58,023 bases of DNA from Pseudomonadota bacterium (GCA_018241585.1 JAFEDN010000480.1:1-58023); one strand, 5' to 3'. Shown: positions 9,469 through 19,243, numbered from the stretch's first letter. Numbers and translations are program-made. The notes: a model not told the origin generated them from the letters alone.

Positions 9469-11057
9469 CCCGGATATTTCACCGTTAAATTAATTTTTCA
9501 GAAAAATTTTTGAGCAAGCAAAAAGAGAGCATTTCAGATAGAAAAGATTTATTTTTTGAACAAAGAGGCTGATTTTGGGCGCAATTCCCCCCCCCCCCAT
9601 TCTTTGCTTGTGCCGGGGACAGCACGCTATCGCTCTATCCTGCACATAATTTAGCGGCTAATTGCGAAAATAAATTTTGATATGGAAAGCTGCTCGAAAG
9701 CAGAAAACGAATACGACGCGTATTACGAATAATCACCGCGCCAATTTTAAATAATTTTAAACGTATCGTACCGCATTGTGCCTGTGATAATTCAGTTCCC
9801 AATAAACCAATACGGCGAATGGCTGAACTAAAATATAAGCAGCACTCGAAAGCAATAATCGAAATTGATTCGCCCACCAGTCATGGCAACGGGTTCTATC
9901 CGCAAATAAATCCCATTGTTGTTCTTTAATGCGATTTTCCATTTCACCCCGAGCACAATAAATCTCATCGTAAAGCCATTGGGCTTCACCAGAAAGATTA
10001 GTGACGATAAATCGAGGATTGGCTCCTTTTAGCGTATGTTCTGCTTTAACCACGATACGGCGAGCGGTTTTCCAGGTCTTAGCCGCATAATAAAATTCAG
10101 AAAATAAGCGCTGTTTTTCTTGTGTCATTTGATAATTTTGTTCAGCCTGTTTCTGTAAAGATTCTGCAGCTTCGAGTAGTCGTTCATTTTTAGCCATTCC
10201 AACGATATATCCCACCTCATGGTTATCGCACCACTGCAACATCTTCGGGCGACAAAATCCGCTATCACCTCGAAAAATAATGTTGACTGTCGGCCACACT
10301 TGCCGCAATCTTTTAACCAATAACGATAAAATCGCCCAGGCGTGCTTGGCCCCATCTTGATTACCGGGGCGTAAATAACTTACTAACAGGTGTTGACCAC
10401 AGAAAACATATAAGGGCAAAAAACAATATTTCTCATAATAACCGTGAAAAAATCGCTTTTCTTGATGGCCATGGACAGGATCATCTGTGGGATCAAAATC
10501 TAAAATTAATTCCTGCGGCGTTTCATCCAATGATTGGATAAACTGCTCGATAAAAACTCGATGGATATCCCAGGCTATTCGACGAGCGCTGCGATTTTCC
10601 AGTCGGCATAAAGTCGAAGGGCTTGCTAGAGCTTCAGCGCAGTTTACAGCCGTTTGGAAAGCGGGATCATGACGCAATCGATCATGATCATTCAGATCTT
10701 CGTAGCCTAGGGCAATACCATAAATTCTTTGCTTCAATAAAGCTAATTGTTCATGGATAATCAGTGAGGGTTCCCGGGGATCGGGTATGACATCACAGAG
10801 CTGTTGGGTCAATTTTAATTGCCGATCAATTTCTCTTAGCAGTAATACGCCACCATCACTGCTGACGTCGCCCCCTGAAAATTCAGCTTCAATTTGACGT
10901 CGATTTAATGATGGAAATTTAATGGGGTCTTCGGTACAATTTGTCACAGCGAAAGTCTCCTTTTTTCCCTTAATTATTCGTCTTTAACAAACTGAATTAT
11001 TAGGAAAATGTTAGGCTTTCGCTACTCCTTTTTCAATCCTATGATGAAATATCCGGG
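9469..11057 (-). mobile_element. IS1380-family insertion sequence (1589 bp)
   Basis: Perfect 13-bp terminal inverted repeats: CCCGGATATTTCA (9469..9481) and TGAAATATCCGGG (11045..11057). Flanked by a 4-bp direct repeat TTAT (9465..9468 and 11058..11061). Encodes an IS1380-like DDE transposase. Inserted inside a toxin ORF. Confidence 0.88.
9635..10947 (-). pseudogene. IS1380-family transposase, interrupted by a 1-nt frameshift near 9820..9826
   Basis: The ORF track splits it into 9757..10947 (396 aa) and 9635..9877 (80 aa). Family-typical motifs are FSGGDVSSDGGVLLLREIDRQL, YCARGEMENRIKEQ and WWANQFRLLLSSAAYIL. The sequence continues in another frame as AIRRIGLLGTELSQAQCGTIRLKLFKIGAVI. One base appears to be missing after the ...YILVQ codon. 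Confidence 0.8.
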
Positions 11058-11293
11058 TTATCGCTATTTAGCATGACGTAAAATATTCTTAATCCAACTC
11101 CGTGGCTGCTGATTTTTATTTCCCATAATTTATTGCGAATATGTCTAAATTCGACTAATAATGCCTCAAAACCTGAAATTTCAATGCCTCGAATACATTC
11201 GACTACCCTTGCTCTATCCTTTGGGGTCAAATCTCGCAAAAATTTTCCAACAGGATCAGCACCATTCATACTTTTATAAAAAACGACTTCCAT
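11039..11293 (-). pseudogene. 5' fragment of gp49/HigB-like toxin gene, truncated by the IS
   Basis: MEVVFYKSMNGADPVGKFLRDLTPKDRARVVECIRGIEISGFEALLVEFRHIRNKLWEIKISSHGVGLRIFYVMLNSD is the phage gp49-like/DUF891 pattern. It then reads into the IS inverted repeat (NPDISS*). Confidence 0.8.
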
Positions 11294-11442
11294 AAATATA
11301 TCCAAAAGAATATAAAAAATCAACACTATTTTTAGATACAATCATAAATGAAAAGAAAATTTTTTATCCTAGTAAAAATGCTGGTGCTAATATAAAATTC
11401 TTCGAAAAAAGTAATTTTCGTGACAAACCTTAAAGGAATACT

Positions 11443-11865
11443 ATGCGTTGGATTTTGGCCTTTCATATTATTTTTATGGTCGCTTGGTTCGCCGGATTAT
11501 TTTATTTGCCTCGTTTGTTTATGTATCACACTTTAAGTGTCGACTCGATCAGTATCAACCGTTTTAAAATCATGGAACGGAAACTTTTTTACATGATTAT
11601 GACACCTGCAGGAATCTTAACTACACTTTTTGGCGTTTGGCTGATGGTATTGGGATGGGCCGGGTATCAAAGTCAAGGTTGGCTGCATTTAAAGCTGGTC
11701 CTAGTGTTATTGTTGTGGATTTACCATGGCTATTGCGGATATTTATTAAAACTGTTTCGAAAAAATAACAATCAAAAAACGGCGCACTTTTACCGCTGGT
11801 TTAACGAAATCCCCACTTTACTATTGATCGTCATTGTGATCTTAGCGGTGGTAAAACCTTTTTAA
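11443..11865 (+). CDS. hemJ: protoporphyrinogen IX oxidase HemJ (UPF0093 family membrane protein)
   Basis: N-terminus MRWILAFHIIFMVAWFAGLFYLPRLFMYH is the HemJ family hallmark. About 140 aa with 4 TM segments. Adjacent to hemL. Confidence 0.8.
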   Translation: MRWILAFHIIFMVAWFAGLFYLPRLFMYHTLSVDSISINRFKIMERKLFYMIMTPAGILTTLFGVWLMVLGWAGYQSQGWLHLKLVLVLLLWIYHGYCGYLLKLFRKNNNQKTAHFYRWFNEIPTLLLIVIVILAVVKPF

Positions 11866-11866
11866 G

Positions 11867-12037
11867 TTAAATTGCAATCATTTGAAAATCTTCTTTCATG
11901 GCTTTGCAATCTGGGCATAACCAATCTTCGGGGACGTCTTCCCAACGAGTCCCCGGCAAGATACCATCCTCAGGCCAGCCCTTAGCCTCATCGTAAATAA
12001 AACCGCATAGCAAACATAAATATTTTTTATATGGCAT
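11867..12037 (-). CDS. rubredoxin
   Basis: Trimmed to ATG 12037. 56 aa, [51 protein letters not shown], with two CxxC knuckles. Confidence 0.85.
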   Translation of the reverse strand: MPYKKYLCLLCGFIYDEAKGWPEDGILPGTRWEDVPEDWLCPDCKAMKEDFQMIAI

Positions 12038-12100
12038 AATAAGCACTCCGCATTTAGAAAGAGCTAGTGGCCCGCTAGATAATAATAGGAGTCTCGAAAA

Positions 12101-13402
12101 ATGCCAACACTTTCTGCTATTTCTTTGCACAATTCCGAGAAATTGTTTCAGTTAGCCCAGCAATACATCCCCGGGGGAGTTAATTCACCTGTTAGAGCAT
12201 TTTCTGCAGTGGGTTCTAACCCTCCCTTTATTCAATCTGCAAAAGGAGCCTATTTAACCGATATTGATGGAAATCGTTATATAGATTATGTCGGTTCTTG
12301 GGGGCCAATGATTTTAGGGCATGCTCACCCCGCAATCATCTCCGCCGTAAAAGCCGCATGCGAACAAGGGTTAAGTTACGGAGCTCCCTGTCCGATGGAA
12401 TTAGAACTGGCGAAAGAAATTTGCCAACGAATGCCCAATATTGAGCAAGTGCGCATGGTGAATTCTGGAACCGAAGCAGCCATGTCGGCGATCCGTTTGG
12501 CCAGAGCATACACGGGCCGCCACAAAATCATTAAATTTGAAGGATGTTATCACGGGCATGCCGATAGTCTGTTAGTCAAAGCCGGCTCCGGAGCACTGAC
12601 TTTCGGAGTTCCTAGTTCACCCGGAGTGCCGCCTGCTGTTGTCTCTGAAACCTTAACTGCTCGTTTTAACGATTTAGACTCAGTCAGCGCTTTATTTGAG
12701 CGCTGGGGAGATCAAATAGCAGCCATCATTGTTGAGCCAATTCCAGGCAATATGAATATGGTTATGCCACTGCCAGAATTTTTATCGGGTTTGCGGGAAC
12801 AATGTACTCAATATGACAGCTTGTTAATATTTGACGAAGTGATCACTGGTTTCAGAGTGGGACCCCAAGGAGCTCAAGGTTTATATGGAATTGTTCCTGA
12901 TCTAACTATTTTGGGTAAAATTATCGGAGGCGGTATGCCGGTTGGGGCTTTTGGAGGAAGGCGCGATATCATGTCTTCGCTCGCACCCCAGGGTCCGGTG
13001 TACCAAGCCGGTACTTTGTCCGGTAACCCAATTGCTATGACCGCAGGTATAACTACCTTAAGGCAATTAACGGACGATCATTACCAAAAATTATCTCGAT
13101 TATCTCATTCACTGATGCAAGGAATAAAAGAGCTGGCCGATTCTGCCGGTATCCCGGTAGCCACCACTTCTTGTGGGGGATTATTTGGAATTTTCTTCAG
13201 CCAAGAACCGGTTATTCATTATTTTGAGCAGGTGAAAGCCTGTGATATTAACCGCTTTAAAATATTTTTTAATGAGCTGTTGAATCGAGGCATCTATTTA
13301 GCCCCATCCGCTTTCGAAGCCGGATTTATGTCTTTAGCCCACACTGAACATGAAATTCAGCAGACACTAACCCAAGTTGAGCAGGCATTAGCTAATTTAT
13401 AG
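12101..13402 (+). CDS. hemL: glutamate-1-semialdehyde 2,1-aminomutase
   Basis: 433 aa. [10 protein letters not shown], class-III aminotransferase body, PLP-lysine region [16 protein letters not shown]. Confidence 0.95.
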   Translation: MPTLSAISLHNSEKLFQLAQQYIPGGVNSPVRAFSAVGSNPPFIQSAKGAYLTDIDGNRYIDYVGSWGPMILGHAHPAIISAVKAACEQGLSYGAPCPMELELAKEICQRMPNIEQVRMVNSGTEAAMSAIRLARAYTGRHKIIKFEGCYHGHADSLLVKAGSGALTFGVPSSPGVPPAVVSETLTARFNDLDSVSALFERWGDQIAAIIVEPIPGNMNMVMPLPEFLSGLREQCTQYDSLLIFDEVITGFRVGPQGAQGLYGIVPDLTILGKIIGGGMPVGAFGGRRDIMSSLAPQGPVYQAGTLSGNPIAMTAGITTLRQLTDDHYQKLSRLSHSLMQGIKELADSAGIPVATTSCGGLFGIFFSQEPVIHYFEQVKACDINRFKIFFNELLNRGIYLAPSAFEAGFMSLAHTEHEIQQTLTQVEQALANL

Positions 13403-13453
13403 CAATTTTTATTAACAAGAGCAACACAAGGTTTGCTGTCTATGTTTATATAA

Positions 13454-13472
13454 TATATACTTCAAGTATATA
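13454..13472. promoter_or_regulatory. perfect 9+1+9 palindrome, candidate VapB operator
   Basis: TATATACTT C AAGTATATA lies 22 nt upstream of the vapB ATG, in an AT-rich promoter region. Confidence 0.4.
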
Positions 13473-13494
13473 CTTATGCAAGGTGGGGGTTGGT

Positions 13495-13722
13495 ATGCAA
13501 ACAACTAAAGTTTTTAAATCCGGTAATTCTCAAGCGGTGAGATTACCTAAGGAATTTCAAATTCACAGTGAGACTGTAGAAATTTTTAGGCGAAACGGAG
13601 ATATTATTATCCGCGAAATACCGAAAACATTAGAAAAAGCTTTTAATTTATTAACGCACTTTCCAGAAGATTTTTTTGCAGAAGGCAGGAAAGACCCATC
13701 TCCACAAGACAGAGATTTTTAA
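13495..13722 (+). CDS. vapB: VapB antitoxin (AbrB/SpoVT-type)
   Basis: MQTTKVFKSGNSQAVRLPKEF is the swapped-hairpin AbrB motif. Lies 3 nt upstream of the PIN gene. Confidence 0.8.
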   Translation: MQTTKVFKSGNSQAVRLPKEFQIHSETVEIFRRNGDIIIREIPKTLEKAFNLLTHFPEDFFAEGRKDPSPQDRDF

Positions 13723-13725
13723 TTT

Positions 13726-14139
13726 ATGTCGTTGCGTTATTTATTAGATACTAATATTTGCATTTATATAGCCAAGCAAAAACCGATGAGTGTTTTAAAT
13801 AAATTTAAGCAAATAGCGATCGGAGACATAGGAATGTCTGTTATTACTTACGGCGAGTTAGCTTATGGTGCTAAAAAAAGCCATCATCCCAAAAAAGCTT
13901 TAGAAGTGTTGGAAGACTTGGTCAGCTTAATTCCCTCTTTACCGCTGCCAATACAGGCAGCTAAATGTTACAGCGATATTCGCGGTGAATCAGAAAAGAG
14001 AGGCAAGCCTATAAGTAACAATGATCTTTGGATTGCCGCACATGCACTGACTTTGGATTTAACAATTGTCACTAATAATATGAAAGAATTTACCAGAATA
14101 GCTCATCTTAAATTAGAGAATTGGGTTAATGAAGAGTAA
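13726..14139 (+). CDS. vapC: VapC PIN-domain ribonuclease toxin
   Basis: LLDTNICIY (first acidic residue), about 137 aa, NNDLWIAAHAL, TNNMKEF. Classic VapC layout. Confidence 0.85.
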   Translation: MSLRYLLDTNICIYIAKQKPMSVLNKFKQIAIGDIGMSVITYGELAYGAKKSHHPKKALEVLEDLVSLIPSLPLPIQAAKCYSDIRGESEKRGKPISNNDLWIAAHALTLDLTIVTNNMKEFTRIAHLKLENWVNEE

Positions 14140-14202
14140 GTTAACTGCCAGATTTGGCGGGTATTATTTTCGCTATGCTAGGCATAAGCCGTTAATTTTT
14201 TG

Positions 14203-14316
14203 ACTCGGGACACCCTGGTCCTCTCAATGCTCTGCTGCTTTGATCTGTCCAATTACTTAAAAATGAAGGGAAAGGTCGCTCCGCTGTTCTCTTCCTTGTG
14301 ATCCTCATCAGGACGC
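14203..14316 (-). repeat. hairpin-rich intergenic repeat, core-type copy H (degenerate)
   Basis: Minus strand reads CCTGATGAGGATCACAAGGAAGAGAACAGCGGAGCGACCTTTCCCTTCAT, matching the family core. It explains the spurious ORF 14192..14383. Confidence 0.7.
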
Positions 14317-14385
14317 CTGTCGCTACAAATTGAGAAAAAATATATTTTCGGTTAAAATATGTTTTCCAAATAAAGAGGCGCACTC

Positions 14386-15852
14386 ATGTTTTTCAATACT
14401 AAACCAGCACTATCAGCCATTGTCTTCAGCAGCGTCATTTCTTTTACTTCTTTGCCGGCTTTTGCGGATAATTTAATTGAAGTTTATCATCAGGCGGTGG
14501 CTAATGACGCCATTTTCAAACAAGCTCAAGCAGATTGGTTAGCTGCTCAACAGGATATACCCATTGCCCGCTCCTACTTATTACCTAATATTTCCTTGGC
14601 CGCCGGCGCTTTTGAAAATTACCAAAATTTTACTACAGACGCCTCTTTCACTCATAATGGCAGCTACGCCAGCACCAGTGTCAATTTGACTATTCTGCAA
14701 CCTATTTTTAATTGGAAAGTGTGGGCTAGTTTACGAAGTGCACGTGCAGGCGTTAAAGCCGCTACAGCTAACTATTATTATGCGCAACAAGATTTAATTA
14801 CTCGCACGGTCCAAGCCTATTTAAATGTTTTACAGGCAGACGATATTTTGCGCTTAACCCGTGCCAATAAAGCTGCTTTGGCAGAAGAATACGATACCGC
14901 CAAACGAAAATATGATGTCGGTCTGGCTAGAATTACCGACGTTTATGACGCTCAAGCACAATATGATCAAGCCAGAGCTAAAGAAATTGCTCAAGTGAAC
15001 ACCCTGCAAGTATCCATTGAAGCCTTACATCAAATTACCGGTCAATATTATCATTATTTGGATGGGCTATCAGATAAGGGAATCCCTTTAAGTGCGCCGC
15101 AACCTAACGATATTGAGATTTGGGCTCAAACCGCATCCAAACAAAATTACCAATTACAGGCTCAATACTACAGCACAATTGCTGCTAAGGAGCAGGTTCA
15201 AGTAGAGGCAGCAAATTTTTATCCCTCCTTCGGCATTCAAGGCAGCTTTTCCGATCAACGTCAGTTTGATAGAACTTTGACTTTGACCGACCCTCCGCAT
15301 AATGAAAATTTAGTACAGCAGCTCAGCGCCATCGGACTTGGGGTTAATTGGGATATCTTCCAAGGGGGCAACGTGGTAGCCAGCACTCGCCAAGCACGTT
15401 ATCAATATGCCAGCTCCAGCGCTAAAGAACAAACCGTGAGTCAGCAGGTAGTTGCTGGCGCTCGCAAAGCGTTCTTAGGTGTTAATTCTTACAATGCCCA
15501 AATTAGAGCGGATCAATTATCCGTTAAATCGGCACAAAGCGCCTTAGAATCATCTCGCGCAGGTTATAATGTCGGTTACCGTACGTTGACAGATGTCTTA
15601 AATGACACCACCTTGCTTTATCAAAGTGAACAAGCTTTAGCAGTTGATCAATACGCTTATATAAATAATTTTGTCGCTTTAAAAGAGCTGGCGGGAACCT
15701 TAGGGCCGGCGGATGTGGTCAAGCTAAATTCATGGTTAACCAAACCGATCAACTTAGAAGCCGATGAAAAAATCACCACTGATGGGAACACCAAAGAACC
15801 CAGACAACCTACTACCTCTACCGCCGAGACAACTCTTCCCAATACAAAATAA
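14386..15852 (+). CDS. tolC: TolC-family outer-membrane channel
   Basis: 488 aa with a signal peptide ending PAFA. Two internally repeated OEP halves (LLPNISL..., FYPSFGIQGSF...). Confidence 0.85.
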   Translation: MFFNTKPALSAIVFSSVISFTSLPAFADNLIEVYHQAVANDAIFKQAQADWLAAQQDIPIARSYLLPNISLAAGAFENYQNFTTDASFTHNGSYASTSVNLTILQPIFNWKVWASLRSARAGVKAATANYYYAQQDLITRTVQAYLNVLQADDILRLTRANKAALAEEYDTAKRKYDVGLARITDVYDAQAQYDQARAKEIAQVNTLQVSIEALHQITGQYYHYLDGLSDKGIPLSAPQPNDIEIWAQTASKQNYQLQAQYYSTIAAKEQVQVEAANFYPSFGIQGSFSDQRQFDRTLTLTDPPHNENLVQQLSAIGLGVNWDIFQGGNVVASTRQARYQYASSSAKEQTVSQQVVAGARKAFLGVNSYNAQIRADQLSVKSAQSALESSRAGYNVGYRTLTDVLNDTTLLYQSEQALAVDQYAYINNFVALKELAGTLGPADVVKLNSWLTKPINLEADEKITTDGNTKEPRQPTTSTAETTLPNTK

Positions 15853-15990
15853 GTAAAAGATGAGCTTGTTGGGGGATTGCGATTACTATACTTGTAAAAT
15901 GAATCGTTTTTAAAGATAATACGCGAGCTTGTTAGAATAGTTTGATAGAATGAAATCATTAGGAATTGTTTCGATAAGGAGTCCCACCCG

Positions 15991-17883
15991 ATGAATAGGT
16001 CTCAAAACTCTGACTCATCCACCACCCAAACCACTTTATCGTCTAATTTTTTACAGGATAGTTCATTGCTCACTCACTTACCTGAGCAGCAACAGAGCGG
16101 GGATGACAAATTAGGCGATCATCCTTCCGGGGAATCCACCCCGAAAAAGGAACTGGTTTCAGTAAGCGCTTCCGGTGGGCAGATGACCCTAGATTTTTCT
16201 ATCCACTTTAAAGATTTAACCATCGGGAAGCTCTTGGGACAGGGCGGTTATGGCAAAGTCTATGCTGGTGAATGGCAGTTTAATACTGTTGCGATTAAAC
16301 AATATGCCGCTCAGGACTTCAGTGAACAGGCTCAAAATGAAATTCTCAAAGAAGCTAAGGTAATGGCTACTGCCAGCACGCAATCTGATTATTTAGTGCG
16401 ATTGCGAGGCATAGTATTAGAAAAGCCTTACTATTCGTTAGTGATGGAATATATGCCAGGCGGAGATTTATTTCATTTGCTTAAAAGCAGTCAAGAACTC
16501 ACCTGGACGATGCGCTATCGAATCAGTCTGGATATGACTATTGGTTTACACCATTTACATCAACGAAATATTCTGCATCGGGATTTAAAAAGTCTCAATG
16601 TGCTTTTGGATATGAACTTCCGCGCTAAATTAGCAGACTTTGGCCTATCCAGTCTAAAAACCAGTTCGGCCAGCACTACAGCAGGTGAGTTTAAAGGAAC
16701 GCTTTTATGGTCTGCCCCGGAACTGTTTAAGCGCGGGGCTAAAGCGACGGCAGCTTCCGATCTATATGCTTTAGCCATGGTGTTTTGGGAACTGATTACT
16801 CGAAAGATACCCTTTGCCGATGCACCTAGCCCATCAATTGCTATCGACTGGGTCAAATCGGGCGAACAAGAAAATATCCCGGAAGGCACGCCGGAACAAT
16901 ATAAAACAATTATATTGGATTGTTGGAATAAAACATCAGAAAAACGTCCCAGCGCATGGGTTGTGGCCAAACGATTAGATATGTTATTGCAGGGACAGCA
17001 TCAGAAACCTTCAATTCAATTCAGTAGTTCATCATCAGGGAGTAGTACTTCATCCTCCACCATCGAGGCTTTATTCGAAGGCAAATCGTTAGTTACCTTT
17101 TCAAACCCTTCGTCGCCTCCTGCTGTCATTTCTGAATCGCCACCCTCACCCAAGCCGGTGGATGATGAGAAGCACAACCAACCAATCCCTGCTTCAAAAA
17201 ATTCTCAAATTTTTATGCCTACACCAATAACCCACTCTACTAAAGTCAGTAAGGATCAATTAAAAGTACAAGATGCATTAGTAAAGGCCTGTGAATCAGG
17301 TGATTTAAAAGCAGTACAGGCTTTGTTTAAACCAACTTGGTTTAGGAAAATTATTGCTAAACCGGATATAGCAAATAATAAAGGTGTACATCCATTAGGC
17401 GCAGCTGTATGGGGTATGAATAAAGAAATAATAGAAGAATTAATTAAACAGGCAGCAGGCATTGCTCCTCTAACTTGGAAAGAATGTGAAGAGCATAACT
17501 ATAAACATTATAAAAATGTTTTTACGATTCAGTCATTTGAGCCAAAAGATTGGCAACAATGGCACGATTTAATTAAAAAGCTAGATCACTCTCCTTTTCT
17601 ACAATCTATTCATTTAAAAGAGCTTAAATATGCATGGACTCATATAGGTCAATTATCTGATGGTACTAAAGCTACTTGGAAAGGGCTGAAAATTATCATT
17701 AATAGACGTATAAAAAAAGATGATATAATCGGATTTACTGAAAGTGCTTGGATAGCCTTTAGAGAGACAAATCACCGATATGCCGCGCTTAAGTACCCTA
17801 TTTCACAACGTATACTGCAAGCAACTAATAAGTCGGCACAGGTGACATTAACCGGCTCTACCCCAGTTGCAGGGATATCCTAA
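15991..17883 (+). CDS. eukaryote-like Ser/Thr(/Tyr) protein kinase (TKL-like) with Ser-rich linker and C-terminal helical/ANK-like domain; candidate effector
   Basis: Full Hanks kinase motif set: GQGGYGKVYAG, VAIK, HRDLKSLNVLLD, DFGLS, SAPE, DLYALAMVFWEL. Followed by SSSSSGSSTSSS and a 260-aa tail containing KACESGDLKAVQALF...GVHPLGAAVWGMNKEIIEELIK. Confidence 0.85.
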   Translation: MNRSQNSDSSTTQTTLSSNFLQDSSLLTHLPEQQQSGDDKLGDHPSGESTPKKELVSVSASGGQMTLDFSIHFKDLTIGKLLGQGGYGKVYAGEWQFNTVAIKQYAAQDFSEQAQNEILKEAKVMATASTQSDYLVRLRGIVLEKPYYSLVMEYMPGGDLFHLLKSSQELTWTMRYRISLDMTIGLHHLHQRNILHRDLKSLNVLLDMNFRAKLADFGLSSLKTSSASTTAGEFKGTLLWSAPELFKRGAKATAASDLYALAMVFWELITRKIPFADAPSPSIAIDWVKSGEQENIPEGTPEQYKTIILDCWNKTSEKRPSAWVVAKRLDMLLQGQHQKPSIQFSSSSSGSSTSSSTIEALFEGKSLVTFSNPSSPPAVISESPPSPKPVDDEKHNQPIPASKNSQIFMPTPITHSTKVSKDQLKVQDALVKACESGDLKAVQALFKPTWFRKIIAKPDIANNKGVHPLGAAVWGMNKEIIEELIKQAAGIAPLTWKECEEHNYKHYKNVFTIQSFEPKDWQQWHDLIKKLDHSPFLQSIHLKELKYAWTHIGQLSDGTKATWKGLKIIINRRIKKDDIIGFTESAWIAFRETNHRYAALKYPISQRILQATNKSAQVTLTGSTPVAGIS

Positions 17884-18013
17884 TTTAACAATTTACCGCG
17901 TGGCCAAGCGACGAGAGGCGTCTAAACAAACATTTACCAAAATAACAGTGGCTCCATTCTTTTCTTTTAGATCAACTCAATTACCATAAGTTTGAGACTA
18001 GTAATTTCAAATA

Positions 18014-19174
18014 TTAAAAATATTGTTCAAGGCCTTTTTGCCAGGGCAATATTAAAACATTATCGATCTTTTTAGCATATTTTTCATTGCAAAAAACTAC
18101 CGCTTCTGAATTTGGAATATCTGCAGATAAGGTAATGAACGGTCTGATTTCTTCACGATTGATCTGGGTAGAACTTTTAATTTCGATACAGAGTAGGGGT
18201 TTCCCTGGACGCTCAACGATCAAATCAATTTCAGCATCGTTAACTGTTCGTAAGTAAGAGAAGCGATATTCACGGCGATGATATTCAGCCAAACGTCTAC
18301 ATTCTAATATAATAAAATGCTCAAACGCATTGCCATAATCATTAGTTCTTGGAACAAGCGGTATGCTGGTTGTACGAGTAAGTGCGCGCACTACACCCGT
18401 ATCAAAAAAATAAAATTTAGGTCTATTGCTAAATCGTTTCCGGAATGAATTATGGAATGATTCTAGGAAAAATCCAATCAATGTATCTTCTAAAATTGAA
18501 AAATAGCTACTAATGGTTTTATCAGTAACACCAACATCACGGGCGATATTGCTAAAATTAATAATTTTTCCATTGCATTGTGCGGCGACCTCCAAAAAAC
18601 GTCTGAATGGATCGAGTTGACGAATCACATGCTCATTCCAAATTTCTTCTTTCAAATAAGTATGGGCATAAGCGTGTAAAAATTCTTGTCTATCATGATT
18701 GTCATTGCAATTTAATATTTGGGGCAATGTACCCCATTGCAATGCAGTATCCAAATTAAATTGGATACCTAATTCCAAAGAAGTAAAGGGAAACAAATGA
18801 TAGACAAAAGCTCTGCCCGCTAACAAATTCGCCCCGCCTTTTTTTAATTTACGAGCACTTGAACCGCTCATGATGAAATAGCAATGAGTTTTTCTCATCA
18901 ATTGCTGTACAATATCCAGTAGCCGGGGTATTTTTTGAATTTCATCAATAATTACATGAGTTGTGGTTTCTGGTAACGCTGCAACAATTTGAACTAGTTC
19001 ATTAGGATTACGGGCAAATCTATCTTCCTCAGCACTATCAAGCAAATCAATGATCAGACTAGATTCAGCAGGAAAATTGTGCTCGAGCAATGTGCTCTTA
19101 CCAGTATTACGAGGACCAAATAGGAAAAAATGATTATTTTTCGGTAACTTAAGCAACCTATGCAGCAATTTCAT
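18014..19174 (-). CDS. AAA-type ATPase with C-terminal DUF4143-like domain
   Basis: Walker A FGPRNTGKSTLL, Walker B VIIDEIQ. Size and C-terminal pattern (EIDLIVE) are typical of AAA_14/DUF4143 ATP-binding proteins. Confidence 0.7.
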   Translation of the reverse strand: MKLLHRLLKLPKNNHFFLFGPRNTGKSTLLEHNFPAESSLIIDLLDSAEEDRFARNPNELVQIVAALPETTTHVIIDEIQKIPRLLDIVQQLMRKTHCYFIMSGSSARKLKKGGANLLAGRAFVYHLFPFTSLELGIQFNLDTALQWGTLPQILNCNDNHDRQEFLHAYAHTYLKEEIWNEHVIRQLDPFRRFLEVAAQCNGKIINFSNIARDVGVTDKTISSYFSILEDTLIGFFLESFHNSFRKRFSNRPKFYFFDTGVVRALTRTTSIPLVPRTNDYGNAFEHFIILECRRLAEYHRREYRFSYLRTVNDAEIDLIVERPGKPLLCIEIKSSTQINREEIRPFITLSADIPNSEAVVFCNEKYAKKIDNVLILPWQKGLEQYF

Positions 19175-19243
19175 ATTGAAACTCCGAAAATGTCAGTATT
19201 TTTCGGATCATACTACGAAAAATTCTCTCTGGTAAATAGCCGA

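Noticed and set aside
9635-9877. An 80-aa ORF as an independent gene
   Set aside because: It is the C-terminal part of the IS1380-type transposase, displaced by a 1-nt frameshift.
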